Below are positions 51,525-58,397 of a stretch of 58,397 nt of DNA, piece after piece. Every line of letters begins with the position of its first letter. The stretch's first letter is position 1. Position numbers and translations under genes: made by a program. The DNA is taken from assembly GCA_947169055.1 (NCBI GenBank), contig CAMVOF010000001.1, positions 1-58,397 of the forward strand. Direction: 5' to 3'. This stretch comes from an uncultured Clostridia bacterium. GTDB lineage: Bacteria > Bacillota > Clostridia > Oscillospirales > Ruminococcaceae. The notes beneath the pieces were generated by a model. It had not been told where the DNA came from and did no database searches. It saw only the letters and a program-made list of their open reading frames with translations.

Positions 51525-53426
51525 TTATCGGGCAGTCATCCATACCCTCATTTCGTTTTCCCCTCTGTTGCCCCAGGTGTAATAGGGGACAGCCGTCGCA
51601 GTACATTCCGATATCTCCTCCGGCTCGTCGGAATACAGCCCGTCGAGATCTTCTGCCCTCTCGGCTTTGACTTTAAGCGTCACAGTTCCGCCGAGATGAT
51701 CGGGCATAAAGTCAGACACCTCAACAGGAGGATTACGGTCAAGTCTCAGGCTGCATAGGTTTCCGTTGTCTACGCCCTCAAAGCAATAGACCAGCGGTCC
51801 TCTCATAAGTGCCGTCATTCCAGAAAGCCTTGGTATCTTCGCCGAAGCTCTCATAAACCTCGGCTTGCCGTCGAACTCAAATACTATCTCCGTCTTTCCG
51901 CATATTTCAAAATATACATAGCCGTTCTCGGGATCAGCTTCCGCCGGTTTTCCGTCCACCGAGACAGTGAAGCTCCTGCTCCATGAGGGTATCCTTACAG
52001 CCAGCCTGCCTTTTCCCGAAACGGAATATCTGACTTTCATATCATAGGGATGATCCGTCTCGCATTCAAGCTCAATGCCGTTTTCAAACTTTACCTTTCC
52101 GGCAGCAAAGAGGTGGCAGTAGGCTGTGTCCGAGTTCTCGCCGTAGGCATACTTGCCGATGGAACCGATGAGCCTTGCGGCATTGGGAGGACAGCAGGCG
52201 CAGGCGTACCACTTCGGCCGTGTCGTAACAACGTGCCTGTGGGTCACAGCCTTTCCGCTTATGCCGGGATCAACTTCCAAGGGATTGACATAGAAGAAGC
52301 GTTTGCCGTCCAGCTGCATCCCTGCAAGCACCGTGTTGTAAAAGGCCAGCTCCATAACATCGGCGTACTCGCCCTTTATCTCGTTTTCAAGCATCCTCGA
52401 CGCAAAGAACATCAGCCCGATAGAAGCGCAGGTCTCGGCATAAGCCGTGTCGGAAGGCAGGTCGTAGTCCACGGTGAAGGCTTCGCCGTTCCCCGTTGAG
52501 CCTATCCCTCCCGTAATGTACATCCTCCTGCTGACTATGTTTTCCCACAGACGCCTGCAGGCATCAAGGAGTTCCTTGTCCCCTGTCTCCGAAGCAAGGT
52601 CAGCCATTCCCGTGTAGAGATAAACAGCTCTCACAGCGTGTCCCGTTGCTTCACTTTGCCGGCGGACGGGGAACTCGTTCTGGTTGTATTCGTTGCCCCA
52701 TGGGTCAGAGCCCCAGACAGTCCAGTTCCGCTTTTCCGCTTCTCTTGCAAAGATGCCCGGGTCTGTTCCCCGCCTGTCGATGAAGAGCCTGCAAAGCTCA
52801 AGATACCGGCTCTTTCCCGTCAGGCGGTAGAGCCTCATAAGGGCAAGCTCTATCTCCGGGTGTCCGGGTATGCCCTCGGTATTCTGTGCGGCAAATCTCT
52901 CGTAGATATGCTCGGCGTTTTTCTCGGCAACATCCAGCAGGGTCCTTTTCCCCGTCGCTTCATAATACGCGCAAGCCGCCTCGATCATATGCCCTGCACA
53001 GTAAAGCTCGTGCCCCTCAAGCAGGTTAGTCCAGCGCTTGTCCCTGTCCTTCACCGTGAAATATGTGTTGAGATAACCGTCCTCGTCCTGTGCAGCAGCC
53101 ATAAGCTCTATCATCTCATCGACCTGCTTTTCGAGAGCTTCATCCTTCCTGCCTGCAAGGGCATAGGCGGCAGCTTCTATCCATTTCGAGGCATCGCTGT
53201 CCTGGAACACCATGCCGTAAAATCCGTCTCCGGCATCCTCTCCTTTCAGCGCCTTTGCAGCGTTGATGAAATTCGCCGCAGCGTGGCTTTTCTCCGTGTC
53301 GGGAGCTTTGTCCCAGAGCACGCTCTGCTGATAGGGGATGACAGTGCTGCGTATAAGCTGCTGATATTTCCCGATAAATCCCTTTGCCTCATAAGCCGTC
53401 ACGGGTATCTGATGCTGTATCTTCAT
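51525..53426 (-). CDS. Beta-L-arabinofuranosidase, GH127 (HypBA1-like)
   Basis: FQDSD..KWIE, HELYCAGH, GHPEIELAL, GHAVRA.Y, YAETCAS, CACCPPN. Confidence 0.92.
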   Translation of the reverse strand: MKIQHQIPVTAYEAKGFIGKYQQLIRSTVIPYQQSVLWDKAPDTEKSHAAANFINAAKALKGEDAGDGFYGMVFQDSDASKWIEAAAYALAGRKDEALEKQVDEMIELMAAAQDEDGYLNTYFTVKDRDKRWTNLLEGHELYCAGHMIEAACAYYEATGKRTLLDVAEKNAEHIYERFAAQNTEGIPGHPEIELALMRLYRLTGKSRYLELCRLFIDRRGTDPGIFAREAEKRNWTVWGSDPWGNEYNQNEFPVRRQSEATGHAVRAVYLYTGMADLASETGDKELLDACRRLWENIVSRRMYITGGIGSTGNGEAFTVDYDLPSDTAYAETCASIGLMFFASRMLENEIKGEYADVMELAFYNTVLAGMQLDGKRFFYVNPLEVDPGISGKAVTHRHVVTTRPKWYACACCPPNAARLIGSIGKYAYGENSDTAYCHLFAAGKVKFENGIELECETDHPYDMKVRYSVSGKGRLAVRIPSWSRSFTVSVDGKPAEADPENGYVYFEICGKTEIVFEFDGKPRFMRASAKIPRLSGMTALMRGPLVYCFEGVDNGNLCSLRLDRNPPVEVSDFMPDHLGGTVTLKVKAERAEDLDGLYSDEPEEISECTATAVPYYTWGNRGENEMRVWMTAR

Positions 53427-53523
53427 AGTTTTCCTCCTCGCCGAAAAATAACATTGACTTATCCGTATATATGTATTATAATACTTTCAAACAGCGTAAT
53501 AAATAGAGAAAGGTATCAAATAT

Positions 53524-54345
53524 ATGGATAATAGTATCGTGATAAATACTGTCAGCTTTCCGAGGCTGCTGGATTGCGATATCCTCACGGCATCGGAGCC
53601 CTTTTACCACATGGACAGGATCGCCGATTTCAACGTGCTTATCTATGTTATGGAAGGTGCGATCTACGTCACGGAAGATGAGACCGACCACAGCATCGAA
53701 GCAGGGGAGCTGTTCTTCCTTAAAAGCGGCATAAGGCATTACGGCAAACGGGAGATACCCAAAGGCACGCGCTGGGCGTATGTCCATTTTCTCCAGCCGG
53801 AGCAGGAGCTCCCGCCCTTCGAGCCCGGGCGATCTTCGGATGAATGTTCCCTCACCCTCCCGAAAAAGCTCTCCGGCATGGGCAGGAGCGTCATCGAAGA
53901 AAAGCTGCTCAGCCTTTGCCGGTATTGCCAGAGCCCCGACCTATTCAAAGACTTCAACAAAAACAGCTTGCTCTTCGACCTGCTGAAAGACATCGGCTTG
54001 GAGAGCCTGCCCCGAGAGGAAAGCCTTGCGGACAGGATCGCAGCCTTCCTCGACTCGCAGACTTCAAAGCCTTTTTCAAAGGAGCTGGTGACGAGCCGCT
54101 TCTTCCTGAGCTACAGCTATATGGCAGGGGCCTTCAGGAAAGAAAAAGGCGTGTCCATGGGCGAATATCACAACACCGCCCGAATGAGAGAAGCCTGCCG
54201 CCTCCTGCGCTCAACAGCCCTTTCGGTAGGGGAGACCGCCGAAAAGACCGGCTTCTCGGATATGCTATATTTCAGCAGAAAGTTCCGCCGGTTTTCCGGC
54301 TCATCCCCCACAGAATACCGCAAAAAAGTCCAGAAGAAATATTAA
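53524..54345 (+). CDS. AraC-family regulator, divergent from GH127
   Basis: Cupin N-terminus; GFSDMLYFSRKFRR..G.SPTEYR. Confidence 0.92.
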   Translation: MDNSIVINTVSFPRLLDCDILTASEPFYHMDRIADFNVLIYVMEGAIYVTEDETDHSIEAGELFFLKSGIRHYGKREIPKGTRWAYVHFLQPEQELPPFEPGRSSDECSLTLPKKLSGMGRSVIEEKLLSLCRYCQSPDLFKDFNKNSLLFDLLKDIGLESLPREESLADRIAAFLDSQTSKPFSKELVTSRFFLSYSYMAGAFRKEKGVSMGEYHNTARMREACRLLRSTALSVGETAEKTGFSDMLYFSRKFRRFSGSSPTEYRKKVQKKY

Positions 54346-54397
54346 GGCAGCACCGTGCAGAGGCGTTAGCCGCGGGTTGTGCTGTGTTGCCTTAAAG

Positions 54398-54438
54398 AAA
54401 AAGCCTGCTTCAAGCATCAGCCCGAAGCAGGCTTTTTT
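54398..54438. terminator. Bidirectional terminator
   Basis: AAAAAGCCTGCTTC...GAAGCAGGCTTTTTT. Confidence 0.8.
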
Positions 54439-54439
54439 G

Positions 54440-55642
54440 TCACCCGTTCTCCGTTTCAAGAAATCTCCTGCAAGTCTTGTCGATGCCTATTGCTCCCAGG
54501 GGTGCGGTTATCAGAATTGCCAGCACCGCCACCGACAGCACGATCTTCCCGCAGGGCAGACCGAGAGACAGCGGCACCGAACCGATAGCCGCCTGAACCG
54601 TTGCTTTCGGGAGATAGGCAATAACGCAGAAGGCTCTCTCCTTTGCGTTAAGCTCCGTTCCTATCATGCAGAGGCAAACGCCGACCGTCCTGAACGCCAG
54701 TGCCGCGAATATCATCAGCACAGCCATGCCGCCGGCTGTCATCGTGTATCGTACATCGACAGCAGCCCCTACCAACACGAACAGCAGGCACTCCGCACCT
54801 ATCCACAGCTTGCCGAATTTCTCAGACAGGCGGGCCGATACTGTCTTCTCCCCTTTCAGCTTTATGACGCAGGCCATAGCCACCACGGCGAGCAGTCCCG
54901 ACACCGCAACATAGGGTTTGGCAAGGGTCTCCACCGACATCAGCAGGAAAGCCATCCCGAGGATGATGATGACCTTTGCGGAATTGCGTATCTTTGAACC
55001 GTGCTTGTAGGCCGTTTCAAAAAGCAGGAACAACACTATCCCCACCGCCGCTCCGAGGGCAACTCCCAGCAGTATGGAAACAGGGATATTCAGGAAGTCC
55101 GTTGCTTTCGCAGAGCCGCCCTGCGCCATAGTTACGAAGGTGGAGAACAGCACGATCACGAAAATGTCATCGCAGGAAGCTCCTGCAAGTATCATCTGCG
55201 GAATGCTTTTCTTTGTGCCGACTTTTTCCTCGATGAGGCGTACCATTCTCGGAACGACTACGGCAGGAGATACCGCGCTCAGCACCGCACCCATGACCGC
55301 TGCCTCGATGCGGGTCACACCTAACAGTATCGGCGCGAAAATTACATATCCCGCTATCTCAAAGCAGGCAGGAACAAAGGACATCATTACGGCGGGTCTG
55401 CCCACCTTCTTCAAGTCGGCAAGGTTCAGCGTGAGCCCAGCACGGACAAGTATGATGATAAGCGCGATCTGCCGCAGTTCCGACGAGATGCCGAGGATCT
55501 TCTCATCCAGCAGGTCGAGGACATAGGGGCTCACGGCGATGCCCACACCCAGCATACCGATGATCCGGGGCAGGCCTATCTTTTCAAAGATCGCCGCGGC
55601 GGAAAGCCCCACAAGAAAAATGATCGCAAGTGATAAAAGCAT
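54440..55642 (-). CDS. Cation:proton antiporter (CPA1/NHA-like)
   Basis: Many TM segments; SAVSPAVVVP, GASCDD, LPKATVQAAIG. Confidence 0.92.
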   Translation of the reverse strand: MLLSLAIIFLVGLSAAAIFEKIGLPRIIGMLGVGIAVSPYVLDLLDEKILGISSELRQIALIIILVRAGLTLNLADLKKVGRPAVMMSFVPACFEIAGYVIFAPILLGVTRIEAAVMGAVLSAVSPAVVVPRMVRLIEEKVGTKKSIPQMILAGASCDDIFVIVLFSTFVTMAQGGSAKATDFLNIPVSILLGVALGAAVGIVLFLLFETAYKHGSKIRNSAKVIIILGMAFLLMSVETLAKPYVAVSGLLAVVAMACVIKLKGEKTVSARLSEKFGKLWIGAECLLFVLVGAAVDVRYTMTAGGMAVLMIFAALAFRTVGVCLCMIGTELNAKERAFCVIAYLPKATVQAAIGSVPLSLGLPCGKIVLSVAVLAILITAPLGAIGIDKTCRRFLETENG

Positions 55643-55683
55643 AATATCCCTCCAAATAAAAAAGCCGACAACTACTGCGTAAA

Positions 55684-55746
55684 GCAGACGTCATCAGCTT
55701 GTAAAAAGCGGTTTAGGTTTCCCAAGGGAGATCATCATTCCCTGAT
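55684..55746 (-). ncRNA. Fluoride (crcB) riboswitch, with overlapping intrinsic terminator extending to ~55657
   Basis: Minus strand GGGAATGATGATCTCCC...AAACCGC...GCTGATGACGTCTGC matches the crcB motif layout; its 3' part can pair with GCAGTAGTTGTCGGC followed by a T tract. Confidence 0.85.
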
Positions 55747-55761
55747 TATTCATCTGAGATC

Positions 55762-55790
55762 ATTATATCACCAGGTTTTCAGTTTGTCAA
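55762..55790 (-). promoter_or_regulatory. Promoter for riboswitch-antiporter transcript
   Basis: TTGACA-17 bp-TATAAT with TG on the minus strand. Confidence 0.8.
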
Positions 55791-55871
55791 TGCTTTTTAT
55801 AGTCAAATTCTCTCGACCTATCTAAAAGGAGCCTTGTCTTTGAACGGAATGTTAAATTTCTACATTTCATA

Positions 55872-55900
55872 TTGACAAAGTAGGTTATCCGCTGTATAAT
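55872..55900 (+). promoter_or_regulatory. Consensus promoter for the ligase genes
   Basis: TTGACA-17 bp-TATAAT. Confidence 0.78.
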
Positions 55901-55963
55901 AAATCATATCAAACTTGTAGGTTTGTAAACAGACGCAGCATCCAAAGACTTACGGAGTGTGAA

Positions 55964-57352
55964 ATGATGAGAGAGACCGATCTTAACGAAGCATTATATA
56001 ACAAATACATAGCACCCACCGAGCAGAAGCGCAGCAGCTCCATAGGCATCGAGATAGAGATGCCCGTGGTGGAGCTGTCGGGCAGGGCAGTGGATGAATC
56101 CGTTGTCATCGCTGCGGCAGAAAAGTTCCGCCGGCACTTTGCCTTTGAGGTCTCGGGACGTGACGACAACGGCAGCGCAAATTCCGTGACCCAGCCCGAG
56201 TCCGGCGACAATCTTTCCTTCGATTGCTCCTATTCAAACCTCGAGCTGTCTCTCGGCAAGGGCACCGACCTGAACGAGCTGCACCAAAGATTCCTCGGCT
56301 ATTACGTCTTTTTGCAGGATATCCTGCTGCCGCAGGGCTACACCCTCACCGGCATGGGTATCAATCCCCACTACAACATCAACCACAACAAGCCCGTCCC
56401 CAACGAGCGCTACCGTATGCTCTACCACTATCTGCACAGCTACCCGAGGTACGAGGGCAAGGTCAATATGCGCTTCCACGACAGGCCTGATTTCGGCACT
56501 TTCACAAGCGCATCCCAGGTGCAGCTGGATGTAAAACGCAGCGACCTGATAGACACCCTGAACGTTTTCGGACTTCTCGAACCCTACAAGGCTCTGCTCT
56601 TTGCCAATTCATATCTGCCGGAATTTCCCGAGTATCTCTGCGCACGGAATATGCTCTGGGAGAGAAGTATGCAGGGCTTCAATCCCCATAATGTGGGGAT
56701 GTTCGCAGACCGCCTCGGCAGCGTTGACGAACTGCTTGAATATATAAAATCCCAGTCGGTCTATTGCACTATGCGCGAGGGAAGATACATAGATTTCCGT
56801 CCCACCGCAGTCAGGGAGTATTTCAATCTTGAAAAAGTCAGCGGCGAGTTCTTTGACGGCAGCGCATACCGCAGCACGGATTTCATCCCTCTGGACACCG
56901 ACCTGCAATATCTCAGGACATTCAAATTCGAGGACCTGACATTCAGAGGAACGATAGAATACAGAAGCTCCTGCTGCCAGCCCATAAGCGACGTTATGAC
57001 CGTCTCGGCATTCCACACAGGACTTTCCCAAAGGCTGGGCGAGCTCAAAGAGCTGCTGGAAAACGACACGGTGATCTACTCCCACGGCTACAGTGCCGCA
57101 GAGCTCCAGGATATGCTCTCGAAGCGCGAGCTGCCGCAGTTCATCGACAGAGCGAGACTAAAGCAGCAGCTTGCGGGAATACTGGACATCGCGGTGAAGG
57201 GGCTGAGGTCACGGGGCAGGGAAGAGGAGCATTTCCTCCTGCCGCTTTATGACCGTGCGGAAAAGCTCACGAACCCTGCAAGGGAAATGGTGACGGGCAT
57301 CGAAAAAGGCGTTCCAATGAGAAAGTTTATAGAGGATTATTCAAGGGTATAA
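55964..57352 (+). CDS. Glutamate-cysteine ligase family (GCS2-like) protein
   Basis: GIEIE, NLELS, SASQVQLD, LFANS, RGTIEYRS. Confidence 0.75.
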   Translation: MMRETDLNEALYNKYIAPTEQKRSSSIGIEIEMPVVELSGRAVDESVVIAAAEKFRRHFAFEVSGRDDNGSANSVTQPESGDNLSFDCSYSNLELSLGKGTDLNELHQRFLGYYVFLQDILLPQGYTLTGMGINPHYNINHNKPVPNERYRMLYHYLHSYPRYEGKVNMRFHDRPDFGTFTSASQVQLDVKRSDLIDTLNVFGLLEPYKALLFANSYLPEFPEYLCARNMLWERSMQGFNPHNVGMFADRLGSVDELLEYIKSQSVYCTMREGRYIDFRPTAVREYFNLEKVSGEFFDGSAYRSTDFIPLDTDLQYLRTFKFEDLTFRGTIEYRSSCCQPISDVMTVSAFHTGLSQRLGELKELLENDTVIYSHGYSAAELQDMLSKRELPQFIDRARLKQQLAGILDIAVKGLRSRGREEEHFLLPLYDRAEKLTNPAREMVTGIEKGVPMRKFIEDYSRV

Positions 57353-57366
57353 ACAGGGGTAAACAG

Positions 57367-58397
57367 ATGACAGCAAATTTTTTTAAAGGCAAATTCGGCA
57401 TCGAGCGGGAGACTCTCCGGGTCGATAGTCTTGGAAGGCTTGCGCAGACAAAGCATCCCTTCGGCGACGACGAGCATCTTACACGGGATTTCTGCGAGAA
57501 CCAGATCGAACTTATAACACCCGCTTGCAGCAGCGTTGACGAAGCTCTTTCCGAACTCTCAAAGCTGGATAAACAGGCAAGAGCGGAGCTTGCAAAACAA
57601 AACGAGTCCATCTGGTTGTACAGTAATCCTCCGCATTTCGAGAACGAGGACGAGATACCTATCGCCGATTTCACAGGCGAACATTCGGGCAAGCGCATCT
57701 ACCGCGAACAGCTGGAGCTCCGCTACGGAAAAAGGCTGATGCTCTTTTCGGGCATACATTTCAACTTCTCATTCGACGACGAATATCTGAAAGAAATATC
57801 CAACTGTACAAATTTTAGTACATTTAAAAACGAGTTCTACATAAAGCTCTACAAGCAGCTGAGCGTACACAGCTGGCTGCCTCTCCTGCTTTCAGCCGCA
57901 AGCCCGGTCTGCGACCGTTCGCTTTTCAAAGACGGCGAAAAAGGCGCAGTCACCAGCGAGTACGCCTCCATCAGAAGCAGCAGAAAGGGCTACTGGCACG
58001 GCTCCGTCCCCGTGCTTGGATTCGGCAGCCTCGAGAGTTTCGTCAACAGCATACAGTTCTACGTGGATAAAGGGGTGCTTTTCTCTGCAAGCGAGCTCTA
58101 TCTGCCCGGCAGGCTGAAACCCGTGGGCGTGAACCAGCTGGAGAATTTCAAAGACGGCATAAGCCACATCGAGCTGAGGATGTTCGACCTTAACCCCTTG
58201 GAGCCTCTCGGGATAAACCGCGACGACCTTGAGTTCGCACACCTGCTTATAATGTATCTGTCCAAAAAACCGGACTTTGAGCTTACGGCTGAGCTTCAGG
58301 AGCAGGCGGTGAGAGACCACCAGAACGCAGCACTTTACGACCTCGAAGGCGTGACTTCCGGAGGTGTGCCGCTGCTTGAAAAAGCAGAAAAGACAAT
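57367..58397 (+). CDS. Glutamate-cysteine ligase (GshA/GshF N-terminal-like), runs off the right edge
   Basis: MTANFFKGKFGIERETLRVD..G.LAQTKHP, TRDFCENQIELITP, RYGK..ML.SGIHFNFS, SIRSS.KGY, HIELRMFDLNP. Confidence 0.85.
   Translation, partial: MTANFFKGKFGIERETLRVDSLGRLAQTKHPFGDDEHLTRDFCENQIELITPACSSVDEALSELSKLDKQARAELAKQNESIWLYSNPPHFENEDEIPIADFTGEHSGKRIYREQLELRYGKRLMLFSGIHFNFSFDDEYLKEISNCTNFSTFKNEFYIKLYKQLSVHSWLPLLLSAASPVCDRSLFKDGEKGAVTSEYASIRSSRKGYWHGSVPVLGFGSLESFVNSIQFYVDKGVLFSASELYLPGRLKPVGVNQLENFKDGISHIELRMFDLNPLEPLGINRDDLEFAHLLIMYLSKKPDFELTAELQEQAVRDHQNAALYDLEGVTSGGVPLLEKAEKT

Overview
Window from a Clostridia-type genome; the gene content (NPXTG-anchored surface proteins, GH10/GH29/GH2/GH127, spoVT remnant) suggests a Ruminococcus/Oscillospiraceae-like gut or rumen organism. 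Positions 1-~15,760 are a visibly AT-rich mosaic of mobile-element relics: an XRE regulator with four operator copies, a relaxase fragment, and a tRNA-Pro-derived att core with arm-like repeats. This part carries an intact class II DISARM-like operon (vsr, drmMII, drmE, drmA, drmB) in which the usual PLD nuclease gene drmC is absent and a NERD nuclease-SF1 helicase occupies its position, plus an upstream HNH endonuclease. Positions ~15,760-22,040 are a zone of deletion scars: a half tRNA-Pro, a truncated frameshifted gene, an N-terminally truncated spoVT and a 29-codon in-frame remnant of a surface-protein paralog. Positions 22,140-27,238 hold the best candidate for an undescribed system: a Cas4-like + DEDDy dual nuclease (DUF2779-type) and a WYL regulator, followed by two promoters sharing a covarying palindromic operator that precede a 34-aa hydrophobic peptide and an unknown acidic protein plus a SWIM zinc-finger protein. 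The rest is host-like metabolic DNA: xylanase, two sortase-anchored proteases, glgX, a two-component system with ABC exporter, fucosidase/galactosidase, HD-GYP protein, GH127, a fluoride riboswitch with a cation/H+ antiporter, and tandem glutamate-cysteine-ligase-like genes. All family calls are from motif recognition by eye; no database search or GC computation was run.
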